A stretch of 64,000 nt of DNA, from contig CAVNZM010000004.1 in NCBI GenBank assembly GCA_963693365.1, positions 11,560,468-11,624,467 of the forward strand, in the 5' to 3' direction. The position numbers and the translations under genes are program-made. Origin of the DNA: Amoebidium appalachense (Eukaryota; Protista; Ichthyosporea). Numbering within the stretch: the stretch's first letter is position 1; each line of letters begins with the position of its first letter. Positions 1 through 13,324 of the stretch are shown here, in pieces. The notes under the pieces were generated by a model that did not search any database, had not been told where the DNA came from, and worked only from the letters and a program-made list of their open reading frames with translations.

Positions 1-507
1 TTGCATTCTGGCGGCGCTGCTCCTCCTCCATTAGCAGTCTCTGGGCCTCCATCTGCTCAGCCATGCGTCGCTGCTGCTCCATCTGCATCTCCATTTGCCT
101 CCGCATCTGCACGGAATATCACAGCCATGCCTGAGAACTATTGTGATATGCTTGGATAGCACTCTGCTTAGACTCCCACACCGTCAACCACACACACCAC
201 CACCACCACATCACCAACTGCTGCTGACGACACAAAATCAGCCGCACACACGTCACACAGATGAGTATGAGAACTAGCAACACATAGGAATAAGTTCACC
301 GACTCACCCACTCACAATGCAGATCAGATCACACCTTCACTAACACCCCCCCACCCATGCACCCATCAACCTCCCAACCCGTACACCGCCAACGAAGTAC
401 CCCCTCCCCCCCCCCCCCCGCCACCATATTCACCGCTCTTTCCCCCCCCCCCACCCCCCCCCCCCCCCCGTGCCCGCCCCAAACACACACACACGCTCTT
501 TCCCTTT

Positions 508-562
<55 letters not shown>

Positions 563-765
563 AACCTTCAACCCCCAACCTCTTCACGCACCTCCTCAGC
601 CTGCATCTGCCTCATTCTTTCCTGCTCCTGCATCATTCTCTCCTGCGTCGCCATCCGTGCAGCCTCTTCCATCTGTTGTGTCCGATCAGCAGAATGCACG
701 GATACGAGGCTTTAAGTAAGCCCCCCCCCCTCCCCCCCAAAAGCCCAAGTTAAGGCCACTACAGT

Positions 766-797
<32 letters not shown>

Positions 798-2193
798 ACC
801 CCACCCCACAATCCTGCTCTTCGATTCAGAAACATTTTCCTACAGAAAACGAAGTGTGAAGAAGCGGCCATACACGTGCCAGAAAACAGTGATATCTCAT
901 GTCCCAGACGGTTGCGAGTGTTTAGCTGTCTGCAAGTAGATGTCTCGTATGGGTGTCATCGTATGTGTGTATGCGAGTGTGTGCATGCATGTGTATATGG
1001 TTGTACGTGTGTGTGCCCGTGTGTATTGTTGAGAGTGTATCTGTGCATATGTGTTGTTGTATGTCTATGTGTGAACGTGTGTTGGTAAAAATTTACTGTG
1101 CACGTGTATCTTGTCGCACGTGTATGTGTGCACGTGCATGCATACCGCTCTCTTCCTATCGAGCTCCTCTCTTGCTCTCCTCTCCTCTGCCTCGAGTGCT
1201 TTTCGCTTTGCCTCCAACACCTCCTGTCCTGCACGGTAGTTGGCCCGCCGTGCATCCTCAGAGTCCATCACACCACTGTGAATGCACATGAGAAGGATAG
1301 ACACACGTGAGTTATTATGATATGGCTGGAACTGCCGGTCAATGCTCTTTGTGTTTGGCTCGGCTGCAAACAGAGAATCGGAGATTGTCTGTGGACGTTT
1401 TGGAATGCAACACTGCTAAAGGGATGGTGTTTGATGTGTGGTGTGTGGCGTGTGTGTCTGTCTCCCCCCCCCCCCCCCCCCTCGCTTTCTCCCATCCACA
1501 TCTCTCGCTCCCTCTCTCTGTGTGTAGTGTGTGTGTTGTGTGTGTACGTGTGAGGGTGCATTTTGGGGGGGGGGAGAAGAAAGGCAGGGGAGGTGCGGAG
1601 GGGAGGGGGAAGGTGCGGGGGGGGGGGGGGGGGGGAGGGGAGGAGGGTAATGACCTTGTTTGCTGGCCAGCCTTTGCAGGCAGCAGGGAGGGAGGCAGTG
1701 TCTGGGGCATCTGGTGGCCTTGCTTGGCACAGGCCAACAGGTGCTGGGCAAGAACAAACTCCCCCTGGTTGAGGTTGCCGTCCTGGTCGACATCAGATAG
1801 CGCCCTATGTGCACAAGTCATTAGGTGAAGAGTAGGGGTGGTGGGTAGGGTGCATGGACGATAGAACAGGGTAGCAAAGATAAGGTGAAATAGTGTGGTG
1901 GTGCAAGTGGGAGCATGTTTTTTGGATGTGTGTGTGTGTTATAAGTGTATTGTGTTTGTTATTGTTCACTGCCAAATGCATTGTGTGTCACAGTGTGTGT
2001 GTGGGTGTGAGTGATTGTCTGTTCATACATGGAAGCACATGTCAAAACATTCTGCTTCAAGTGTTTAAGCATATAGAGCACCACAACACAGACTTACCAT
2101 ATTTGGGCCAGTACAGGCTGTGATAGTCGAGGATCACTGAAGATCTGTCGTGCTTGTTGGCCTGACCAAAAAAATGTCAGCTTCAGCAATCAG

Positions 2194-2247
<54 letters not shown>

Positions 2248-2559
2248 CTTCCCCACCTCCCCGGAGCTCCGGACAAGGGGACCGACCCCCCCGCCCCCTC
2301 CTCCCCCCTCCCTTCCCCACCTCCCCGGGGTTCCGGACAAGAGGACCGACCCCCCCCCCCCCCACCTTTCCCATCCCCCGTTTCCCCCTCCCACCCTCCC
2401 CAAGAAAAAGAAAAAAAGAAAAAAAAACCTATCCAGACCAGCAGCTGTCTCTCCATCAGTTCTTCCCCTAATCTGTTCCTACCCCCTCACCTCATCCAAT
2501 GGCCCCATTTCTCTCGAGTTCTCCCCTACCTTATGGTCGGCCCACTACACAGCATTGTT

Positions 2560-2651
<92 letters not shown>

Positions 2652-4170
2652 CACACACACACACCCCACACCACCGCCACCAACACCCCCTTCTTCGACA
2701 AGCAATCTCATACCCTCCCCAAGCCTCTATACAACCACAAACACGTGCAACACCACGTGTTCTAGCCAAGCCCTCCCGTTTTCCACGTTCAAGGGCAGGC
2801 ATCATACCGGTGATCAGCCCTGTTCTGTTCTTATCATAGGCATTGAACTGCTGCTGGTATCTCAGCCGGTCCTGCTGGGCTATGGGGGGCAGACCGGGCC
2901 CCATTCCTAGTCCACCCATGGGACTAGGCCCAGGCCCGGCACCCATTCCTGGACTCATACCCATGCCCATGCCCATGCCCATACCCACGCCCCCTGCTGG
3001 CGCCCCTGCATCGGAAATATTTGGTCAGCTTGCTTAGAATATAATGTTGTGGCAGACATCTCCAGCAGAAGCCTTTTCCCTTACTAAGACGACATCAACC
3101 CCTCCCCCCCCTCCTCCCCCCCCCCCCCCCCCCCCGAGCGCTGCCCCACAGGCACACACATAGACACACAAACACCCTAATCAAACCCTCACCGCTGTTC
3201 GTCTAAACGTGTCTTCTGGACACTCAGATGAGTCATGCGGTAGCAGAATCAGATAATGTGCGACCCTTGCGGTGTATGTGAGAGGCTAGAAATAAGTTAG
3301 GGCTGCTACTCTTATCGAATGATTGGGCGAGAAAAGCTCAGTGCCCACCACATCTCGGTTCAGGAAAAAGCAGAGACAGACATGTGGTCCCCAGCTTGTA
3401 CAGTCCCTTGCACTATCTACATGAAGCTTGCACTCATCCTAACCATATTCGTACTGAGAAAAATCCCGACCGTACAGAGCAGTGTCACCATGTCCCCCCC
3501 CCCCCCCCCAAAAAAAAAGAGCCCCTTCCCCCCCCCCCCCCCCCCCAACACACACATGCCCATACACACGGTTTCAATGTCCCACTCAGCTTACAGATCT
3601 ACATAACCATAATTCATCCACATTACAGCCATACTGGCTACAACGCCCCATACCTACCCTTGCTTGTAGCAGACTGGCGCAGTGAATCAGGCAGCATGCG
3701 GGGTATCTCTGCCCCACCCAACCTCAGGTTGATCAGCTTCATGGCTATGCAGAACTCCTCAAACGTCATGGCCCCATCCCCGTCAAGGTCGGACAGCCCC
3801 CTGCCACGTGACAATGCTCCCGTCAGAGCTCTTCTCTCTGCATACCCCCCCCCCCCCCCCCCCCAGCCCCCTCCCTCTCCATTGCCCACTCTTTCCTTCA
3901 TTCCTCAGAAACCACCCCCCCCCCCCCCCTCCCTTCCCCCCGGGAGGGGGCATGGGCAATGATTGAAAAAATAGTATGTGAAGAAAATAAAGAAATTTAA
4001 GTTGATGGTAGGAAAACTAACAGGACTAGGGTCGTTGACGATGGCGGAAACAACAATACCACCATGCCAAGCTCGATCCACCAAGTTTCTCCTGTAACCC
4101 CTCCCGGCCACCTTGAGTGCAAGTGGGAAAAGTTGCAAAGAAAGCCAGAGATAATGGCTCAATCTCACCT

Positions 4171-4203
<33 letters not shown>

Positions 4204-4998
4204 ATAAAAAGATAAAAACTAAATAAAAATACGATAAAATAAAAGAAAAATTCTAGTAAACAATCCAGCGCTCGACACCTATATGCATGTGACACACAAA
4301 ATATCTGATAGTCAAAGTTGCATCCACTCATACCCACTCTCAACCAGCAGCCAAAAATTCCAGGTATGCAACCGACCAATTATCCCCCCCCCCCCCCCCC
4401 CCTCCAGGTCCCTCATCCTCGCCCCCATTTCCCTGGAAAACCTTCTGGAAACCTCAGTCATTACTGCCTCTTCCCATCCCCCCTCCCCCCCCCCCCCCCC
4501 CCCCCCCCGACACACACGCACATACACACGTCCCCTCCCCTTTGCTGTGTCTCGGCCTCTTTCTTTGAAAAATCGACCTCTCTTCCCCCGGTATGCAACC
4601 AACCAATTATCCCCCCCCCACCCCCCTCCAGATCCCTCATCCTCGCCCCCATTTCCCTGGAAAGCCTTCTGGAAACCTCAGTCATTCCTGCCTCTCCCCA
4701 TCCCCCCTTCCTCCCCCCCCCCCCCCCCCCCCCGGACATACACACACATACACACGTCCCCTCCCCTTTGCTGTGCCTCGGCCTCTTTCTTTGTGAAATC
4801 GACCGCTCTTCCCCCCCCCCACCCCCCCCCCATTGCCCACTTTGATTTTCTTATCTTAAGAACAATAAAGAAAGAAAGACGGTGGTTATGTGCGTGTGTT
4901 TGTGTGTGTGCCCGGGTGAAAGAAGGGAGTTGGGGGGCTCTGGGCTATTGATTAGGTAGCAAATAATTCCGTGTGTTTGTGTGCGTGTGTGTGAGCAA

Positions 4999-5068
<70 letters not shown>

Positions 5069-6157
5069 GTGTGTGTGCAGTGGCTACGCACGCGTGCGTT
5101 TGCACACAGACGTCTCTCTCTATCTCTCTCTCTCTATCTCTCTCCCCCCTCTCCCCCCCGTCCTCCCCCCCCCCCTCCCCCCTCTCCCTCTGTGTGTGTG
5201 TGTGTGATAGAGAGAGTGTTGTGTTGAGAACGTAGGAAAACTGGATGAGTTTTGAGAAAGAGACAGGAAAGGAGTGAGCCGGAGAAATGGGGCAGATCAC
5301 AGCAGTACAAACCAGATGTGAGCCAACATCTCTTTGGGTAAGCCCGTCTTGAAAAAGAAGTTCCGAGCCTGCTCACCTGCAAAAAAGGAAGAAATGTGAG
5401 TTCGGATCACGCAGTACGTGTTTTGTCTTCTTCTCAACCTTCAAATATATCCTGGATCTGGTACCCTGCCAATGGTTTGCGAATGTCAAATGATAAAGTG
5501 TGGCCGACAACACAGAAGCCCAAAAAGGCCTCTTTTATCTCCGAACGGGGAGGGGAACAGGGTCAGAGAAACCCGGGGGAAGAGGGGGACGCGAGGGGGG
5601 GGGGGGGAGAGAGAGAGAGGGGGGGAAGGGGGAAGGGAGAGAGTGAGGGAGAGAGAGGGAGGGGGGGGGAGGGGGGGGAGGAGGGGGGAATGGGGGAGGG
5701 GGGTGAGTTAAGAGTGAACGGAAAACAGCAGGGATGCTTTTGCCTCCAAGATCAATCGTCAATGAAACTTTTTGTGTGGATATGAGACTCGCTACCAACT
5801 GGATCTTGGAGTATGCGGAATAGCACTTACCCGTGATTTTGCCACTAACCGGCCCTACGTTTTGGAACGACCTCTCATAGTTGCCTCGGTCTGCAGGTGT
5901 GATGACCCACTGGGGCCCCGCAGGTGCCCCCAACACTGTTATCAAGGGACAATGGTCAGAAGAACAAGCAAAGATGTGGATCACCATAGGGCTCATTGCA
6001 CGATCATCGTAGTTGAATAACCAGCTCGGCCGCACAAAGCAGCAGCGCTACTCCAATCTCTCTTCTTGGCTCCCTAACTTCAACAGGATGAGTGCACAAA
6101 ATAAGATAACGGTTCAGAAGCATTGGAGGGCTGCTTACTGTATCCGTTCATCATCAT
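1..6157 (-). CDS. ITSN: Intersectin-like endocytic scaffold (two EH domains + charged coiled coil); N-terminal part, runs off the window start
   Basis: Phase-consistent GT-AG exons in transcript order: 6139-6157 (GCCACC-ATG), 5831-5935, 5313-5376, 3658-3800, 2808-3005, 2098-2161, 1655-1804, 1146-1275, 592-672, 1-106. EH1 reads [62 protein letters not shown]. EH2 reads [61 protein letters not shown]. These are followed by EDARRANYRAGQEVLEAKRKAL, which resembles the intersectin FEDKKRENFERG motif, and then an E/R/Q/M-rich coil. Confidence 0.9.
2240..2365. repeat. Intronic tandem duplication, about 64-bp unit x2
   Basis: CTTCCCCACCTCCCCGG.G.TCCGGACAAG.GGACCGACCCCCC occurs twice (GGACAAG at 2271 and 2335). 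Confidence 0.85.
2562..2647. repeat. 86-nt poly-C tract (the longest of very many poly-C/poly-G tracts)
   Basis: Uninterrupted C run. The exact length may be affected by sequencing or assembly error. Confidence 0.85.
4363..4816. repeat. Intronic tandem duplication, about 227-bp unit x2
   Basis: GGTATGCAACC.ACCAATTATCCCC...CCCTCATCCTCGCCCCCATTTCCCTGGAAA.CCTTCTGGAAACCTCAGTCATT... begins at 4363 and again at 4590. Confidence 0.92.
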
Positions 6158-6967
6158 GGTGGCTGACTTGTGGAGCTCAGTTCGCCGCTCCGGAGTAAGC
6201 AACCGTGCGGTCGACAATAAAACTTCTTGGTCTAGATCTTGTTGGCCAGACCAACGAACCCTTGTCGCTTGGCAGCACCAGCGCTGCCCAAAACCTCCCA
6301 CAACTTCTAAGTGTATAGAAAAGCCGAATGTAACCCGGAAGACCGGGCCTCGAACGAACGCCGCACTGAAACAAGTCAAAGCGTAGCGGCCGCGCCCTGA
6401 AAAACTTTGTCCAGTCATAACCGACAAAATATAAACTAATATGGCAACTACGTTACTTTTTGGGCACAAACCCGCCATTCTTGCGCAAACGACATCGGAT
6501 GCTCTAGGGGACTTCGATACGGAGTCTATGGGGTCAGCTGCCGGCGTGCACGGGTGCTCATGCAGTTGCATGGCTCAGTTTGAGGCGACACAGAGAGAAA
6601 ACGGGAGGGAGGGAGTAATAGGGGTAATGTGTGTGGGGTGAAACTAGCGAGAATAAGATCTTGTTGCAATTGTAGCGCCGTGGTTTCTTTACTCCACATT
6701 TATTTTTTAACGTGCCACAGCCTAGCCTGCTCCCACCGTCACAGAAGGAAACCCACCCACTCCAAGCACTCTTCAGGGCTCCCTCCCACGGGTATTTCTA
6801 GGTTTCAACATCCTGCTCGCCAAAAGGTTCTAATTTTTTTTAATGATAAAAGCCAGCCAATGTTTTTGATAGACGCTGCTAGTTAAAGCTACGCAAACCA
6901 TCAGACGGTCATCCCAGCTTCTTGGCGACACCCGTTAGCTCGAACCTTGTGTGAAGGGAAACGAAAA
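6158..6967. promoter_or_regulatory. Probable bidirectional promoter / 5'UTR region
   Basis: 810 bp between the divergent start codons at 6157 (-) and 6968 (+). It lacks the homopolymer and microsatellite tracts typical of the introns and has visibly more CpG. Confidence 0.6.
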
Positions 6968-9153
6968 ATGGCATCCACTGTGCTAAGAGTTGTTGGGACT
7001 GTCTGCCAAAGACAAGCTCTGGTGAGTTATGACACACCTGCTCTACCTTGCATTCTTTCTTTTTAGGAATGTTGCTTTTTTCTTGGACATATGATTGTTA
7101 TAACCGGTAGTTCGGTCAATCAAAAGCCCAGGCTTGTTTTGTTGCACTGTTGCTTTGGACTGGCATACCCTCGTTCACCGATTAATAAATGCTGTGGGTC
7201 TCATGCCGTTCTCACCTGTGTATACTCTCTCTTGCTTTCGTGGAGGCTCATTCCCTCCCCAGTCCTTCCTCCTGCCCTCCCCCTACTAACCCCTCCTCAC
7301 GTGCAGACCTGATGCCTCCCCCCCCCCCCCCCCCCCCCCCCCTCACCCCGGCCCCTCCCGGCCCCCTCCCCCTCCCTTTCCGCTTTTTCTTAAATGCAAC
7401 ACCGTCCTCTTACCCAAAGCGTGGAACTGCTGTTCACTTCCTTTTCCCAACTCCCCCCCCCCCCCCCTACACATCCTCCCTACCCACCCACCCATTTTTC
7501 CCTCGTCTTCTTCCAATAAACTCTCTACTTTTTTTGCTAACAATGCGGTTCAATTGTGCTGCAAACTGGATGGTCTTTCTGTTCTTTTTTTTTGGCCCAC
7601 GGCGGGGTGGGTTGGGGGGGGGGGGGGGGGGAGAGGGGTTGGGGTTTATATTTTTATTTATCATTATTTTTTTGGGGGGGGGAGGGGGAGGGGGAGAGAG
7701 AGGGGGGAAAGGTTGGGGAGGGAGGGAGGGGGGGGGGGGGGGGGGCAAGTGGGGAGGGTAGAAGGAGACGTAGGTGAGGGGACACAAATGAAGCCATGCT
7801 GCTAACGGAAGGGCAGAATGTGTTATGATTAGTGGACAGTTACAGACGCACTGCCACTTCTACGGGATGGTGGTGACGGGATACAGTGTTAGGTTCGCAT
7901 AGTCTCTTTCTTTCATCGTGTGGCTGATACGTGGCAAAAACATATTGGCTAGCTAACAAGGGTAGCAGGCGCCAGCATGTGTCCGGGCAGCCAGCCAGGC
8001 AGTGTCAGCTACAGTTCCAGCCCAGCCGAGCATGCCACTGATACTCCGGGCCTGCTTTGGCTCTGCACCGGCTAGGTTGAATGCAAAGGTGTGTGCCATG
8101 CTGTATGCTGGAACTATTTCATGTTGAAGCATGCACGTGTCTGTATCTGCTTCGATTCATGGTCGAGGGTTCAACTGAGAGCAAAGAAGCGGTTTATGAG
8201 GAATCAATCACAAGAAGAAGTTTGATGTGGGTTGTATCTGAAGTTATTTCAAGGGCACACATTCTGGCTATTTTTTTTTACAAGTCCCAATAAGAAGCTC
8301 CTTTTAGCGTGAGAGTGCACATTGCATGGAGATAGCAGGCCTGGGGGGAGTACAGAAGACGCAGGGGGAAACTGTGCCTTGGTTGGTGGGGGTCGGTGGG
8401 TGGTGATGGTGGTGGTGGTTTTTTTTTTTGTTTTTTTTTGGGGGGGGGGGGGAGGGGGGGGGGGGGGAGGGAAGGGGGGCTGGCGGGAAAGGGGGAACAT
8501 AAGGAAAGGAAAGGGGGGGAGGGGGCGGGGCGGGGGATTTGGTGATTTTGGAAAGACCCGAAGTGAGATATTTTTCCTTTCATAACTGTTGTGTATCTTC
8601 TATGTTTTTCAGCCTCCAACTGCAGAACCACCCAAAGGAGCAAAGACGGAGGAGGGGGATGAAGAGAAACCGACCACGCCTTCAGACGGGGAGGAAGCGG
8701 AAGGAAAGGTGGAAGAAACGGAGGAGGTGCAAAAGCCAAGAGAGCCCCTTGACCCTATCGTTTTGGAACGGGCAGCTAAGGGCTGGAGCTTGAACGATAT
8801 CATTATGGAGGAGATTATTGAAAAGAACCCTGAGACCGAGGAGGAAAAGTTGAAGATTGTGGAGCACCTGACGGCGTGGAAGGATGAGATTGAGAGTCGC
8901 TATGAGGCGTTTTTGGATGACAGGAGGAACATGGAGAAGGATTACAGGTTGGGTACGTGACTCAATCCCCATGCTCCTACGTAGGAAGAGCAAGAGAGAC
9001 GAGTTGGCACACACACATACACGTGGTAACACAACACTTTAAACTTGCACCTGCACCTGCACACACACCTTCACACCAGTACGAACACAGGCATGTACAT
9101 ACAGAAGCACACACGTGTGTGCGCGCGCAGGCGCGCACACACACACACACACA

Positions 9154-9187
<34 letters not shown>

Positions 9188-9198
9188 CATGCATACAC

Positions 9199-9244
<46 letters not shown>

Positions 9245-10134
9245 ATACACACACAGCGCACCTATTGGAGAGACTGTTTCTATATCTGTATGTACCGTGC
9301 CCCCCCCCCCCCCCCCCTCCACCCCCCCTCCACCCCTCCCCCCCCCCCCTCCCCCCCCCCCCCCCCCCCCACATACACACACACCCTATTTGCAGAAAAG
9401 ACCTTGCCAATTAGCTGCTCCCCACCTCCCCTGCCGCTCACCCCACCTTAATCCCTGCATTGCTGTCTCCTCTTTCTCCGTGTGGAAGCAATTAAGCATT
9501 GAATGCACCATGGCTGACCCCTTCATGCAAATACCTTACCCGTTGTATACATGCCTATGTAATCACTCGCGGTATTTATTTTCACGGCCACAGGTGCCTT
9601 TAGCTGGGTATGGTGTGTAACTGTATGGTGGTGGTGGTGGTGTTGCCGGTTGGATGGTTGTGTGATTGAGTGGTGGTGGTGGTATATGTGCCTGTTGTAC
9701 CCAATGAATGCTTTCCTGGCCATTTTGCTTCCCTTCCGTAACAGCTTATTTGCTATATTCATAGTCACATACTTACGCTCCTTGATTGGCCGAATCCTGC
9801 AGGGTTCACAATTGAGGAGATGCTGTACCGGCAGGGCATCACTGCACCACTCAACCAGGAGCCCATGCACGGATTCAACCGCATCACCCATATCCGCACA
9901 AACGAGGCTATGCGTGTGCACGGCGACATTGACTGGATGACGGTATGTTTGCTTCCTTTTTGTTCTTTGCCCGGGGGGAGAGGGGGGGGGGGGGGGAGGG
10001 GGAGGGGGGAGGCTCCTCCCCCTTCCTCCGTGCCCTCTGTTACCTTTTCTTCGATCTTTGTGAGCGTCTTTGTATGTTCTGTCATCGTGACCATCTTTGT
10101 ATGTTTTCTCATGAATTCTTTCTTTTCTATCTTT

Positions 10135-10167
<33 letters not shown>

Positions 10168-11195
10168 ACTACCACCACCACCACCACCAATCGCCCTCCT
10201 GAAGCCCGTTTCCCTTGGTTTAGAAGATAATTCAATACTTTGGATCAGTTGGCTCGCTCGACTTCATTCATGGTTTTGACAGTTTCATTCGGATGCATAC
10301 ATGGGACGTCCTGTTTTGCTGCATACGATCACATTGTATGCGAGTCTCACAACCAGACTACCCCTACAGAAACAAAGCTTTGCGCATCTCTCGCACCTGG
10401 ATGTGAAGATTGCAGCTGACGACAGAAGACGTAAGTGATCTATGATCTATCTGCAAAGCCTAAGGGGGTTTTTGATGGCGAGCAGGTCGGCGTTTGTTGG
10501 TGGTAGTGGGTTTGTGAGCGTGCATGGGTGTGTGCCCCCCCTCCCCCCCCCCCGCCCCCCCCCCCCCCTCCCCCTCTTCCCCACCACCCTCAACTTCGCA
10601 CCCTTCCTTCCCCACCACCACACACCACACACCCAACCCGGGGGGAAGTGGGGGAGGGGAGGCGTGTGCATGTTCCCGGCACACATGGATACGTATTGAT
10701 GTTTCTACACAATCTGTTGTTCGTGACGATTGGAGTGTGGAAAGGTAGTTAATTAAGAATGAAATGGATTGTACAGGACGTGGAGTGTCTGCTGGAGGGA
10801 GGGAGGGAGGGGGGGGGGGGGGGAGGGATATATGCGAAATTCCGTTCTTGCCTGGACTTCTGACACTGGTTGGTTTTATTCCGTAGCTCTGATGAAGCCG
10901 TGGATTGCGCCCACAAAGAACCAGATGCTCCGATTCTCGTGGAAGACCCTCTTGTATCCACAGGCAAACCCTGCCCATCCGGCTGCCCGCAAGGTCAAGC
11001 TGCAGGTAAATTTGAAATGGAATAGGACTTCATTTAAATGCCTTGCCGTCTCCAACACCCACGCACACCCCCCCCCCACACACACACATACCCACGTGCA
11101 CATGCACGCGTGCCCGCGCGCGCACACACACACACACGGGCACGGGCACGGGCACGGGCACACACACACCCCGCACGCACACACACACACGCACG

Positions 11196-11239
<44 letters not shown>

Positions 11240-11247
11240 GCACGCAT

Positions 11248-11282
<35 letters not shown>

Positions 11283-12141
11283 GACACACACATACACACA
11301 CACACACACGGCACCTAAAAAAGCAATATCAAGACCAAGCTGTGAGATTTTGAGTCGAAAGAGAGCTGAAAGCACATGCACGTGCTGTGCATAGACAGGC
11401 GTGAGCATGGACCCACAGTCGACACACCACCACCACCACCACCCACTCTACGCAATGAGGATGGCTCATCACATAATTCCCTAGTTCATTTTGAGACATT
11501 TTTTGCCACATTGCATATTCGCTGCTCAGAACCCTCCAGCTTCACATGATTCTCACGCTGACGGCATATGCTCCCAGGTATTTGTTGGCGAGCTTGGGCT
11601 CCCACCAAAAGCACAAGCAGCGCTGATTGCACTTGCTGGCCCCCGCTATGACGCCAAGGCAAAGGAGCTCAAGTTGACCTGCGATCAGTACCCGTCACGG
11701 GCACAGAACAAGGAATATCTGGTTGATGTGCTCACAAGTCTGGTGACAGAGTCTCTGGTGGGTGTTCATGCATGTGTATGGTTGCGAGCTCAAAGATGCT
11801 ATGGACTTCACTTGCTCCATCTGATGACAGAAACATGTCTTTGCATACAAACTCACGCTTTTATGTTTGCACTCTAGGGGTCTGTCAGTGCTAGTGGCTG
11901 ATGGCTGTATGTTCAAGCATGCACCTGCCAAGCCGCCAAATTTAGTCTGCACTCCTCGCACTTGCACAAAAACACACGCGCTAGTGCATTTTTCACTTAT
12001 GCACTGACACACTGGCGGAAACACACCGGCCTTCGCCACCCCCGGCACCCACATTGTTTGCATGGATTGGGCGTGCAAATGGAAGGTGACCGCTGCTCCT
12101 GTCGTTTAGAGCCCCCCCCCCCCCCCCCCCCCCCCCAAACA

Positions 12142-12219
<78 letters not shown>

Positions 12220-12231
12220 ACCACCACCACC

Positions 12232-12300
<69 letters not shown>

Positions 12301-12499
12301 CGTGTGTACACACCACCACCACCAATTTTTCATACATGTCCGCGCAACACACACAGACACGTTATCCTGCACGCTTCACGTGTCTCTCTATTTTTTTTTT
12401 TATTATCTCTCCTCGTCTCACCTCCTCCTTCAATGTCTGCCGCAGAAACCCGAGACACAGAAGCTGGCGGCTGCTGAGGCGCAAGCAGCAACCGCATGA
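6968..12499 (+). CDS. MRPS35: Mitochondrial small-subunit ribosomal protein mS35 (MRPS35/Rsm24 family)
   Basis: Exons 6968-7021, 7969-8088, 8613-8952, 9803-9942, 10370-10430, 10887-11005, 11578-11757, 12446-12499, all phase-consistent. The N-terminus is Arg/Ala-rich with no acidic residues, like a presequence. The C-terminal domain [74 protein letters not shown] matches the mS35 conserved motifs. Confidence 0.85.
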
Positions 12500-12901
12500 G
12501 TCAGAGGAAACACACAGGCAGCCTTTCCAATGTGCACGTACACAAGGAGCAAGATACGACGGGTAAACTTTAGGCTATACAACCAGCCCAGTTCAGTACC
12601 TTGCCGTGGCGACTTTCTAAGGGGTGTTGATACGACCTGACTTGAGAAAAGACACACAAGAACACAGCAGATATTGGTTGCCAAATCAGCAAGTCGGGCC
12701 CATTAGTAATGGATGAAATAAACTGGTGAGCGCCTGGAGTGCTCCTTTTGTCACTGCATTAGGCCTCATTCCCAAGCTTGATCCGGGATGATGCTTGAAA
12801 GGATGTATCACCACTGGGCCACCACTGATCAATAATAAGGCACAAAAACTTCGACTGCTCAGTACCTTTCCACGCTTTAGCACCGCACTATAACCCACTT
12901 C

Positions 12902-12943
<42 letters not shown>

Positions 12944-13324
12944 AAAAAAAAGTACACATACGCCCACACACGCACACACGCGGCACACACGCACAATCAT
13001 GTTCCCACTCCCCCCCTCCCCCCCCCCCCCCCAGAGCTTATCTCCACCACCGTTACGCCAAGTTGGGGCATGCGCACCGGTCGATTAGCTCTAGGCCAAT
13101 GAGAAGCCGCACTTTTTTTGCCGCACAATGATTGGCTGCCCTTTCCTGGGTTAGAAATGTGATTTTTGAAGATTCGCAAAAATCTACTAAATGCCCCCTT
13201 TTTGGCACACATCGATTCAAATGTCGCTCTTTATTATCTGCTAATAAATAGTATCCTTCGCGCATCCACCCCTAAACCAGGCCATCCGTGGCCCTAAGGG
13301 CCGGGGAACACCCCCATCCATGTC

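Noticed and set aside
12780-12832. C/D-box snoRNA-like ATGATG...CTGA with GATC ends
   Set aside because: Imperfect C box, only about 45 nt long, and no recognisable rRNA guide.
13252-13265. ATCCTTCGCGCA resembles the 5' end of U4 snRNA, suggesting the LINE targets U4
   Set aside because: It has an extra base relative to the U6-pairing sequence, and neither flank continues with the U4 5' stem-loop or an Sm site.
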